A DNA stretch of 63,401 bases, filler included, from Saprolegnia diclina VS20 (taxonomy: Eukaryota), in assembly GCF_000281045.1 (NCBI RefSeq). It is 4 parts of 2 records of this genome, joined end to end, with 100 filler letters (N's around TTAATTAATTAA, not from the genome) between each part and the next. Parts side by side here need not be neighbours in the genome. Positions count along the whole stretch, not along the records: positions 38,053 to 61,120 come from NW_008246070.1; 3 more parts are not named here. One strand, given 5' to 3'. Position 1 is the stretch's first letter. Each line of letters starts with the position of its first letter. The notes under the pieces were generated by a model, which had not been told where the DNA came from, made no database searches, and worked only from the letters and a program-made list of their open reading frames with translations. A program made the translations under genes and the position numbers. Below, one piece after another: positions 51,301-61,220 of the stretch.

Positions 51301-53518
51301 CCGACAAGCCGAGTTCCAAAATATCGCACTTCTGGGCAATGTGCAAAGTGGCTTGAAACGGAGCCAAGACGTCCCAGAAGACGAGGAGCAGCCACGCCGC
51401 GAGGCTGCTGAGGGGCGCATACGTCGGCGCCGCCCGCTTTGTCAATGGCAAGAGAACGTCGACGAGCACATAGGTGGCCCACGTTGCCTCGCCCGACAAG
51501 ACCATGGTCTCGAGCACCGAGCGCGGGGTAAAGACAAAGCGGGAGACGCCCGCGCGCGTTTCAAACGTCATTGGCGACGTACTCAATATCGCAAGCGCGG
51601 TGGCGCTGCGCAGAAGCAACATCGGGCGGCCGATCCAGACCAGACCCGCCACGCGGTTGAAGTGCAGGAGCTGGCGCGGCCGCTTGGATTTCGTTGATGC
51701 CAGTAGCACGGCAAGTGCAAGGACCGAGAGGACGCTTGTCACATAGAGAAGGACGTACCAGACGTACAACGCTACGTGCTGGGGAAGCTCGAGGGGATTC
51801 GCTGCCAGCGGCGTCGGCGGCACCGATGGCGACAAGAGCGCAAACGACCCGTTGTCACTGTCGTACTGATAGCCTTCTCGGTCGCCTCGCATCCAATCGA
51901 AGAGGGCTAGGTACCCAAAGAATCGCCAGGGGCCGGACTCTACCCAAGGCTGTGTCAAGAAGCGGACGTCGGACCCATTCCACGCAAACTGCACCAGCGT
52001 CAAATGAAGGCGCTGGATCGCGTTGTCGGTTGCCGTGGTATTGGCAAACGCTGTGGGGAGGCCCGAGGTGTCCAGCCAGGACGCGACGTTCGTCAGCACC
52101 GAGAGGCATATATCGCGACTCGCAGCGCCGTCACAGTGAGCGCAGATACCATTCGCGTCAGCAGTCGGTCCAAACATCACCGAGGCAAAGAGCAAGGCGT
52201 CAGCGCCCAAGACCATGGAAAATGGTGTCGGCGCAGAGCACGAGTCGTACAAGCCCAGTTGGTCTTGCGCAAAGGGCAGTGGAGCATTACCAAGGCACAT
52301 GGGGTTGCCACCAAAGTAGGAGAGCCCGGGTGCCCGCCACGGGGTTGGCAGCAGCGACACGCGTGGAGAAGGCCACTCGGCAAATGAGGCTGCGAGCGAT
52401 GTGTTGTGGACAATACGTCCTACCCAATTTGCCATGTACTGCGCCAAACACTCTGCAAGTGCCTTTGGCTTGGGAAGAAGCGTGATATCTATGCTGCCAA
52501 AGGGCCCCATGTACGAGCGAATGGCCACTTGCAGTGGTGTGTCATTCGCGATACCGTACTCGACGGTTTCCCAGTGCAATTTGACGTCGTCGGAATAGGC
52601 GCTCGCTCCACGCACGAGGCTGCAGTTGATGGCGAGGCACTCCCAGAGGTCGTTCCAGATGCCGTTGTACGAGTTGGTCATTGTCCAGAGCGCCAAGCCG
52701 CGAAAGTGCCTCGCCACTTGGTGGATCGTCACAACTTGGACAATGCCGAGGGCATTGACGACCTCGATCGTCTCGGTGAGCCCGACCTCGTAGTAGTTGT
52801 TGACTTGGGTCTGCCAGTAGGTCAAGCCATGTGATTGCCACAAGGCGACTTCGTCCTTCGGCGACAAAAGAGGGCGCGCCCAGAGCGACTGCCACCAGGC
52901 ATTCTCCGACGTGTTGAGCGCTGCAAAGATCGCAACATCGAGCGCCGTAGCATACGCGCCGTCAAGCACGTCGCGTGGCACGGCGTTGCGCCACAGCGGC
53001 TCCCAGTAGACCGCGGCGTTGCTCTTGTACTTGGAATCGCACCGTTCTTGGCGTGCCATCGTTGTCGAGACAGCGTAAATCCGAGCCAAGTCGACGTAGC
53101 AGTACTGCGAGTACATGCGCAGCATCCAATCAAAGCGCGTCGCGCGAAGGACAGGCAGCGCCGTCTCGAGCGACAGCGGCGAATAGAGCACGGTGCGCGC
53201 GAGTGACACCGTCGTGTCGATAAACGTGGGTGCAGCGTCGTAGGATTTGCGCACACTCAAAGTCGGATCAAAGAGCGAGCTCGATGCCGTGCTGCTCTGC
53301 TGCAAGAGGCGCTGAAAGAGGTCCCCGAGGAACGTCTGCGCGCCCGACGTCGAAAAGCCGGCCCACAAAAGGTCGTTGGCGAGACTCGGACGCACAAGCA
53401 GGAGATAGTACCAACCGCTGAGCGCCGTCAGTAGCACATAGCCGCAGTAGAGAACCCACGACGTCCGCGATGCTGCCTCCGATGGCACGAACGCGACCGG
53501 TGGCGCGGGGGCAATCAT
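48377..53518 (-). CDS. Large intronless multi-pass membrane protein (1713 aa) built from two tandem homologous halves
   Basis: Duplicated motifs LANDLLWAGFS/LANDLWWAGFN, ANPLELP/VNALEVP, FNRVAGLVWIGRP/INRVTGLVWIGRP. Confidence 0.85.
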   Translation of the reverse strand: MIAPAPPVAFVPSEAASRTSWVLYCGYVLLTALSGWYYLLLVRPSLANDLLWAGFSTSGAQTFLGDLFQRLLQQSSTASSSLFDPTLSVRKSYDAAPTFIDTTVSLARTVLYSPLSLETALPVLRATRFDWMLRMYSQYCYVDLARIYAVSTTMARQERCDSKYKSNAAVYWEPLWRNAVPRDVLDGAYATALDVAIFAALNTSENAWWQSLWARPLLSPKDEVALWQSHGLTYWQTQVNNYYEVGLTETIEVVNALGIVQVVTIHQVARHFRGLALWTMTNSYNGIWNDLWECLAINCSLVRGASAYSDDVKLHWETVEYGIANDTPLQVAIRSYMGPFGSIDITLLPKPKALAECLAQYMANWVGRIVHNTSLAASFAEWPSPRVSLLPTPWRAPGLSYFGGNPMCLGNAPLPFAQDQLGLYDSCSAPTPFSMVLGADALLFASVMFGPTADANGICAHCDGAASRDICLSVLTNVASWLDTSGLPTAFANTTATDNAIQRLHLTLVQFAWNGSDVRFLTQPWVESGPWRFFGYLALFDWMRGDREGYQYDSDNGSFALLSPSVPPTPLAANPLELPQHVALYVWYVLLYVTSVLSVLALAVLLASTKSKRPRQLLHFNRVAGLVWIGRPMLLLRSATALAILSTSPMTFETRAGVSRFVFTPRSVLETMVLSGEATWATYVLVDVLLPLTKRAAPTYAPLSSLAAWLLLVFWDVLAPFQATLHIAQKCDILELGLSATCTGGRIEVGSATRFYDLLAANVLAVLLPALWMHTTNDDPRSEPGPLVAASADAFVHGTAGHLDPVGAIMSGLLPLRRGFVDMSLWLRVGFHAGPRLQTKLTTRHLPLKVPHRLVLKASAGFLYVVFSVVGSCSYIYVSETALANDLWWAGFNATGHQTLLANWFVQQLQVTNSVAGVDLTESRYRDNANRYNLTDTTTVVSNLYASMLQSEVNSLPAVVRGLRHMESSDAPWIATSYCFLDLSRSWTMAVSSTRQAQCNASNGAVYFEPLLRNVAFSHAWWYPGFVIGIEAHLLTSASGRDWLATLGAPRLSIDGEVSYWRQHGVRAYETQWQNYKQLGVFESFAIATALNSRYAISLRASNASLHTAKQTSFKMQWPLASYLWAVTANVSGIGGSSLLRESAMFAFGNTTIASVLTRNLTLVAPLDPALAALEAAVGPFGTIDLRRVAFPIALQTWYVEVRAAIVTSLATASVDARTAFAQIAPSVSLFPRPTEWATLESVGGDLMCQRQSTSATFVLQFFSNAGVCSSNNQDSIVFDAISATQSLVSTDKLNATAACDHMWGSSSACLSLLVSTTQLLQVLLLPHNETLQSLVTAVYDDDTVQQLRLVQYMQDANSSSILLQQSPLFPEHDPSFHVFGFLYLLEWLRGVREVVSFEGSHGRIVTLSAGNPVLVGPVNALEVPTNVAKYARYVLLYVTSVLVLVALLTGGHVLWSRGCVHGFNLFAINRVTGLVWIGRPLLLLRSVSALCLLSTARLDVESDHLGFYFFRALQPSWPATIMAGGEATWVVFLLNDLASLYTREYTPLYAGPSSLLVWASVAVWSLVSPVTHAAAIDRRCDVPAVDAQLVCESGVVAIGSAARFFGLFGVTNGLILGTYLLQRMRCREVPPPSIQSQLLYASAHYHFNAAQWLEGDIYYLDSASATIAGLLSVRYRDALYVLDIKKWRLHVLPPPTCTDHRARALPLPLADT

Positions 53519-55025
53519 TCGGCAAACACAGATATGAAACGCGGCCGGTTGAAACGCTTTGCGCGCCGAGCCCAGTTATTGGCCCTCCAACAATGTCCGA
53601 GTCGCTTGTTTCATGGTAGGACTGCTTGTGCGGCTATGCGCGCGGTCGATGCTGCTACCTCTCGATGGAAAAGGGAAAAGCAAGCTAGAAGAATGAGCAA
53701 GCGATCCACGGACATCACCATCGCGCACCCGTCCGCACCTTTGCATTGAATCCGAGACATGCGATCCTTGCACAGTGATAGTACACGGCTGATGACGATG
53801 GCTGCGACTTCAACATCCCGTCTTTGCACCTAGTGGCTGCGACCAGCGCAATCGGCGACCGCGCGGTCGACGCACAAACGTCAGACGCCGCAGCGAGCAA
53901 AAAAGAAGGGCGCACCCATTGGTGCGGGTTTCTATTTCGCAAGCACATCCTTCCAGAGCGTTGGACGACCCTTCACAAAAGCAACGACCAGCAAATAATC
54001 CATTGAAGACGTAGAAGAAGCCGCGATGAGAGTGGCACGCTGTCGCCCACATGTGTGCCCGTGGGCATGTTTGAGCTGAGCGCGAGGTAGCCGCGTCGTC
54101 GTCAAGCTTCCGCGGTGCTGATAACGCCAAAAGACATCACGTCAGAGGTCAAAAGCAAGTCGATACGTCATGGCTTCTCCCAGGTGCTACGAACACAGAG
54201 CATCGCTGTCCACCGTACAAACCAGCTGTTTTCCGTCGACAGCCAAAACGTGCACCTCTGGCACCGCATGGTGTGGCCTGTCTGAGGCCTTTGACGTGTT
54301 CACGCTACGAAAAAGAGTTGAACACCGGAGGATGCCACGTCCCTGGGATATCAGGTCTCTTGCACCGCTGGGATTGAAGCCACACTTGCTGGCTCAAGTC
54401 CACCTGGCGATGTTTGCTACTGCTACGTTGTTGAGACGCCGACGCACGAACGGGTAAGGAACTGCGACGTCGCCCTATCGGGTGCGGCCTAGCATAATCC
54501 ACGACGAACGGATGATGCTACCGCACCCAAAGGCATAAGCTTTGGGGCGCAGAGTCCCAATTCCGACGACCGACCTTCAAGGTGGTCAAACCCATGCGGC
54601 CAGGTGCGACGGCAAACTTCAATGAGCGCTCACGTGCTGGTCTTGGCGCAAACGTTATCAAATTTGTCGTCTGCCACTGGCCCCAGGCACTGCCGCGCGT
54701 CCCATAGGTCTCGCTTCTAACGACTCGAGCGCCAAGTCAGCGTAGGTTCCCACTCTAGCCTTCTGCGCAAGTACCAAGTGAACATCCTCGAGTTTCTGAG
54801 GAGTTGAACTAGCCTGTTCCGCGGGTAGCAAACAGTGGAAGGGTGTCTATTTCCAGTGGCTGGTTTCTGTTTAGTCCACTTACAATCCTAGCATCTCTGC
54901 AAAGGGCTTGATGTGTCGTGTCACCGCACGCGAGCTTCAACTTGAACCTTGGCAGCAAGGGGCTGTCGTGGTTCTTGAGGGCAGTCCTCTCTCGTACTTT
55001 CCATTTTGCCTCACCTCCAGCAACC

Positions 55026-56489
55026 ATGGGTCTCGAAGACGGCAAAGACTACGAAGCGGTCGCCACTCCCATCGACAAGGGCCTTGACGACGAGCCCTCT
55101 GTCGACAAGCCCGTCCAAGGCTGCTCCATCCCGTTCATGCTCATCCTTTGCGCGCCCAAGATGGCCATGAACATGGCCTGGGCCGCACAATGGGCCGCCC
55201 TCGGCCCGCTCCTCCAGATCCTCCTCTCGTCGTCGTGGGTCCAGGTCGTCCAACTTGTCGGGCCCACGACCGGTCTCCTCGTTGCACCGACGGTCGGCGT
55301 CCTCTCGGATGCGAGCACGTCCAAGTACGGTCGTCGCCGCCCGTACATTTTCTGGGGTGCGATCACGAGCGCGCTCTGCTGGCTCGTCATGATGCACACG
55401 GTCGACATTGGCGAGGCGCTCGGTGACACCAACACGACCATGATCAACAAGTACGTCGCCGACAAGACCGAGGACCTCATCGACCGCAAGTGGACGACGT
55501 TCTTCACGGTCATTTGCTACATTTGGATGGACATTACGTGCAACTTGACCCAAGTGCCTGTCAACCTCATCATGGCCGACTTTGCCGGCGACCGCCAGGT
55601 CACGGCTGCCTCGATCGGCGGCGCCTACTCGATTGCCGGCTCCTTCGCAGTCTCGGGCTACATCCTCTTCTTTGGCGCGGCGCACAAGACGATCAAATCG
55701 TTCATGACGATGCTCATCGTGATCATGCTCGTGACGACGATGGCGGTTGTGATCTTTGTCAAGGAGACGCCGCACGTGCCGGTCGTGGCTCGCAAGAAGG
55801 GCACCGAGATCAAGGCGGCGTTCGTGGCCGTCTGGACTGGTATTCGCTTGCTGCCGTACACGCTTGCTGTCTACGCGATCTGCTTTGTGCTCATGCAGTA
55901 CGGCTACACGGCCTACAACGGCGCGAAGGGCCAGTTCTTTGGCCTCGTCGTCAAGAACGGTATCTCGACCGGTGCGGACAAGTGCGGCGACGAGTGCAAC
56001 CAGCGCCAGATCGACTTCAACGACGGTGTCCAGATTGCAAGTGGCACGACCGACACCGTCTACAACTGCGGCAGTCTTCTCTGGCTCGCGGTGCTGCCGT
56101 ACCTCGTGCGCAAGTTTGGTGCCAAGAACGTCATCACGTACGGCACGGTGCCGCAAGTGCTCTTGATTCTCATGGCCTTCTGCAAGAACATTCCCGTTGA
56201 CATTATCATTGTCATTCTCTGCGGGATCACGCAAAACACGATCAACACGCTGCAGATCCCGACGATTATGCACATTGTCGGGCACGAAGCCGAAAACAAC
56301 CTCGGTCTCTTTGCCGGCGCGTTCAATTCGGCCAACTGCCTCGGCCAATTCCTCAACTTTGCGTTCTCAAGTCTCCTTGTCAAGTCGGACATGGGCTATG
56401 CCCTCCCAGTGCTTGTCGGTGGTATCCTTACCTTCCTCGCGCTCGTCATTGCCTTCTTCAAGCTCGACCTCAAGATGAACACGATGTAA
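55026..56489 (+). CDS. GPH-family (sucrose transporter/SLC45-like) sugar:cation symporter, complete, intronless (487 aa)
   Basis: About 12 hydrophobic segments; 'GVLSDASTSKYGRRRPY', 'FVKETP', 'GLFAGAFNSANCLGQ'. Confidence 0.88.
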   Translation: MGLEDGKDYEAVATPIDKGLDDEPSVDKPVQGCSIPFMLILCAPKMAMNMAWAAQWAALGPLLQILLSSSWVQVVQLVGPTTGLLVAPTVGVLSDASTSKYGRRRPYIFWGAITSALCWLVMMHTVDIGEALGDTNTTMINKYVADKTEDLIDRKWTTFFTVICYIWMDITCNLTQVPVNLIMADFAGDRQVTAASIGGAYSIAGSFAVSGYILFFGAAHKTIKSFMTMLIVIMLVTTMAVVIFVKETPHVPVVARKKGTEIKAAFVAVWTGIRLLPYTLAVYAICFVLMQYGYTAYNGAKGQFFGLVVKNGISTGADKCGDECNQRQIDFNDGVQIASGTTDTVYNCGSLLWLAVLPYLVRKFGAKNVITYGTVPQVLLILMAFCKNIPVDIIIVILCGITQNTINTLQIPTIMHIVGHEAENNLGLFAGAFNSANCLGQFLNFAFSSLLVKSDMGYALPVLVGGILTFLALVIAFFKLDLKMNTM

Positions 56490-56888
56490 TCGTCACCTGC
56501 TGTCCTCTGTCTCTATCAACACGTAGCGTTTTGTACTTATGCGGGGTCCTTTCATTGTGATGTCAGTACTGGCAGGTGTCAACAGAGCACAGTTTGTACA
56601 CTGTCTCGCATCGAAACGTCGAATCGTCTATATATTCAACTTCTGTTTGCATACACTGTGTCGTCCACCATACGCTGTTTTTTCATGGGACCACCGCGTT
56701 TGCGATGGGAGTCGGTGGGGTTGGCGTCTTGCTATTCGGTACCGGTCCACAGGTCAGCAGTACCTTCAGCATGGCCAAAGATATGCTCTAGGATTCGCCA
56801 TGACCCCGGTCGCCTCCAGTGCATTCTACTTCGCCATATGCGCGTAGGCAACGACCCATGTTCATCCAGACCCCAAGACCAGAAACGG

Positions 56889-58926
56889 ATGACCGTGTTG
56901 CCTATTTTTGGTGTGCACTGTCTACTCATGGTAGCCGTGGCACCAGGTCCATGCGCCACCGACTTGCACCGGCGGTATGAGCCGCCGCGATATCTCTTCA
57001 GCACGTCACAGCGCGCGTCTGTGCTGCTCTGCGTCGTATTGCTCCACATGCTTTCGGTCTTTTACTTGACGGCAATGTTCATCGTCTACTGGGTACTGCC
57101 GCCCAGCGAGATGTGTATCTTCCACGTCTACAGCCGTCGGCTCTCCCTTGGCACGTCGATGACGCTCTGGATCCTGCACGTGCACGGCATCGTGCTCGTC
57201 TTTGCGCCGCGATACCACCGCACAGAACGGAGTTGTTGTATCTGGCGCCACCGATGGTACCGCCTCGCGTTTGGTCGCTATGGGCCCTTTGGGCTCTACG
57301 GCCCGCTCTACAGCGTCCGTCTCGCGAGCAAGCTCGTGCTGCAGCTGCCCATGCAGATCTTCCGCGCGTACCAAATGTCCCAGCTTTTGACGACCCCCAT
57401 GTCGGCGTTTGCTTGCACGCTCGTGCTCGGGCTGCGCTGCAGTGTACTGCCGGTGCTTTTGCGCCTCCCGTCACCTCATGCGCGTCGCTGGACGCCGGCG
57501 ATTTTCGAGGCGGTCGTGGATTTTACGCTGAGCACGGGTATTCCGCTCTGCCTCATTTTTCCGGCGCTCCAAGAATATTATTTGGCGGGAAACAAGTACG
57601 TGGTGCAAAACCATGTTTGGCTCAATCAGAGCCTCATGCTCGGGCGCTTTGTTGCGATGACGTCGTTCTTTGATGTCTTTGCGTCGAGTTTCTTCTTTGT
57701 GACGAGCTACTTTTCCCTCGTGACGCTCAACCATGGCATCCGCGTGATGAAAGGGTACATATATTGTCTATCCTTGTAGAATGACAATAATGTCCATTAG
57801 ACACTACATGCAGCATCGCACGAGCTTGGAGCAAGGCCTTGAAATCACCGCGCGCATCGAGTTGCGGACCCGGCTCGTGCAGCGCAGCTACAAGGTGTTT
57901 TGGTGCGTCGCGGTCTCGACCAGCGCTGTTCTCACGGCTGTTGCGATTACGAGCCTGTACCGGTCGCCCTGCCCTACTGGGTGCAAGCTGCAGACGTACC
58001 CATGGTTTGCTCTCGAGTGCACTTGCATCATGTTTACGCTCAACTGCAAGCACCAAGGCGTCGGCGACGTCGACTTGTTTATTCGCTCGCATCTCCGCCA
58101 CGTCTTTGATTTGAGCATTCTGCAGTGCCCGCTGCCCCGCGGCCTTGCCCCTGCGACGATGCGAAGCTTGGACAACGTGTATGCACTCGCGCTGGATGCC
58201 ACGTCGACAATTGCATGGGACGTCCCCCGCGACGCGATGCCGCCGTCGCTGTACGCGGTCTACCTCTACAACATGCCGATGCCATCGCTGCCGACTGCTA
58301 TCGCCGATGCGTGGCCCAACTTGCAGTACCTCTTTTTGCGCAACTTGGGCTTTGCACAAAACAAGACACTGGGGCGCTGGCCGCAGCTCAGCCGGCTCTT
58401 CCTCGTGGGACTCAACCTCTCGGACGCGCCGCTCGAGGCGCTGGCGCCCACATTGACCCAAATTGTATTGGACAACAATGCGCTGAGTGTGCTGCCAACA
58501 CCATTATTGTCACTCCCACAGCTCACGATGCTCAGTCTCATCAACAATTCGATCTCGGTGCTCCCGTTCACGGCGCTGCCACCGACGCTTCGCAATATCT
58601 ACTTGGGCGGCAACCCGATTCATGCGGTCCCGGCCAATTTGTCCTTCGACTTGCTCGTGTCGACGCGGTTGAACCTCCGCGATACGCCATTTTGCAACCA
58701 ACTCCTTATGTATAACGCGTCGCGCCACGCTTCGTGGGCTCTCTCGCCGATCGAGCGCAATATTGTGGCCATTGGCGCCGACCAAATCTGCGGCCACGCC
58801 TGCAACGTGGGCTGCCACGACTACCAGATCGGCAACGGCCAATGCAACCTGCCCTGCTTCACACCGGCTTGTGCGTTTGACAAAGGAGACTGCGTCGACT
58901 ACGTCTTCCCGCTCGACGAAATGTGA
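56889..58926 (+). CDS. Multi-TM + leucine-rich repeat + C-terminal LNR (Notch-like) repeat protein; intron near 57750-57800; 5' end uncertain
   Basis: Hydrophobic N-terminal exon; LRRs 'LQYLFLRN', 'LTQIVLDNNALSVLP', 'LTMLSLINNSISVLP', 'LRNIYLGGNPI'; terminal 'CNVGCHDYQIGNGQCNLPCFTPACAFDKGDC'. Confidence 0.7.
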
Positions 58927-59227
58927 GCCAGCGTTCGCAGCCCGTTGGCGCAGGCGAGGCAAGACGCGCCTTGGCTTCGGGCACTCATGCAGCATCATAT
59001 CGGGTCCATACCCGGCTGTGTGGCCTGTCCATGCACTTTCCAAGCTTGCTACGACTTGTGTGGGCGGGCAGCGCCTCTGCGTACCATCATGCCACGGCGA
59101 AACAGCGACGACGGCCGAAGCCAGCTGCGAATCAATCGACCCGGCAAGTTGAAGTTGGCGGGATCTTAGTCATCCGGATAAGCCGCCGTCCAATCGGAAA
59201 GCAGGGGGCATTCGATATTTTCGTCGC

Positions 59228-61083
59228 ATGTTGGCACGGTGGCTGGGGCGAGCCAAGGCGGCGCCGTCGCGTGCCGAGTACATCATCGTTGGCGGCGGCT
59301 CGGCGGGCAGCGTCCTTGCGAACCGCCTCTCCAAGGACCACTCGGTGCTACTGCTCGAAGCTGGCAAGAGCGACAAGGGGCATTGGGACTCGTGGAAGAT
59401 GAAGATGCCTGCGGCGTTGACGTTCAATCTGGCGGACGCACGCTACAACTGGGCGTACATGACAGAGCCGCAAGAGCACGTCAACAACCGCCGACTTGCG
59501 TGGCCCCGCGGCCGCGTCCTCGGCGGCTCGTCGTCGCTCAACGCAATGGTATACATTCGCGGCCACGCCCACGACTACGACGACTGGGCGCGCAGCGGCG
59601 CGACAGGCTGGTCGTACGAAGACTGTTTGCCGTACTTTAAGAAGGCGCAAGCGCACGAGCTCGGCGAAGACGCGTACCGGGGTGGCCACGGCCCACTGCA
59701 CGTGACCCGTGGCACGCAGAAAGACCAAGTGCTCTTCAAGGCCTTCATTGACGCCGGCATCGATGCAGGGTACCCGTTCACAGACGACATGAACGGGTTT
59801 CAGCAAGAAGGCTTTGGCTGGATGGACAGTACGATCTACAAGGGCAACCGCTGGAGCGCGTCGGCCGCGTACCTGCACCCGATCGTCCGAGAGCGATCGT
59901 CGCTGCACATCATCACCGAGGCGCTTGTGCATCGCGTGCTTTTGAACGGTACGTCAGCGACGGGCGTCGAGGTGTCGGACGCCAGCGGCAACCTCACCAC
60001 GTACACGGCCGAGAAGGAGGTAGCTGCGAACATGCATGTTGGCTCGACCTACGGTGAACTAGGTCATTCTGTGTGGCGGCGCTATCAACTCGCCGCAGAC
60101 GCTGCTGCTCTCGGGCATTGGACCCGCGGATGCCTTGCGTGCCCACGACATTCCTGTTGTCGCCAACATTGCCTCCGTGGGCCAGCACATGGAAGATCAC
60201 TTGGACATGTACGTTCAGTTCCAGTGCACCAAGCCCATTACGCTACACAACGCCTCATGGTATACACTACCATCATCACTGTCGACTATAATTCTGCCTC
60301 TCTAGGAAGTACCCGCACAACATGGTCGCGATTGCGCTACAGTGGCTTTTCCAGCGCTCGGGGCAAGGCGCGTCTGCGCACCTCGAATCGGGCGGCTTTA
60401 TTCGCAGGTACACCTTGACCTCGTTCACATGGTATAGACTAACGTATGGAATGACTAGTCGCCCGGGATTACGCCAGCCCGATTTGCAATACCACTTTTT
60501 ACCCGGCGCACTCACCGGTCAGCTCACGCCAGGTCCTGTCCATGCGATGCAGGCGCACTGCAGCCCGATGCGGGCGACGAGCCGCGGCGAGCTCACGCTG
60601 CAGTCGCGCGACCCGCGGCAGCCGCCGCGCATCGACCCGCGATACCTCTCGACGCGCGAGGACGTCGACGACATTCGCAACGCAGTGCTTTTGACGCAGG
60701 AGCTGTTCCAGCAAAAGGCCATGGACCCGTTCCGCGGTGAACCGCTCTCGCCCAACCGCCTCTTTGGCGACAGCGAACATGCGGCCATCGATGCGTGGGT
60801 ACGAAACCATACCGAGAGCGCGTACCACCCGTCGTGCACAAACCGCATGGGTACCGACACGCGGACGACGGTCGTCGACCCACAGTGTCGCGTACACGGG
60901 CTCCAGAATCTGCGCATCGTCGACGCCTCGATCATGCCCAACATTGTGAGCGGCAACCTCAACGCACCGACGATCATGATTGCCGAAAAGGCTGCCGACA
61001 TCATCCTCGGCCGCCCGCCACTGCCCAAAGCCAAGGGCATCCCGGTCTACGAAGCGCCGCGCTGGGCAACCCACCAACGCTAA
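59228..61083 (+). CDS. Choline dehydrogenase-like GMC oxidoreductase, multi-exon
   Basis: 'YIIVGGGSAGSVLANRLS', 'WPRGRVLGGSSSLNAMVYIRG', 'GGAINSPQ.LLLSGIG', 'AYHPSCT.RMG', 'LRIVDASIMP.IVSGNLNAPTIMIAEKAAD'. Confidence 0.9.
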
Positions 61084-61120
61084 ACCTGCTCTAACATACT
61101 GACATTGTGTGGTGCTGTCT

Positions 61121-61220
61121 NNNNNNNNNNNNNNNNNNNNNNNNNNNNNNNNNNNNNNNNNNNNTTAATTAATTAANNNNNNNNNNNNNNNNNNNNNNNN
61201 NNNNNNNNNNNNNNNNNNNN
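61121..61220. other. Assembly gap with artificial linker
   Basis: N44-TTAATTAATTAA-N44. Confidence 0.97.
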
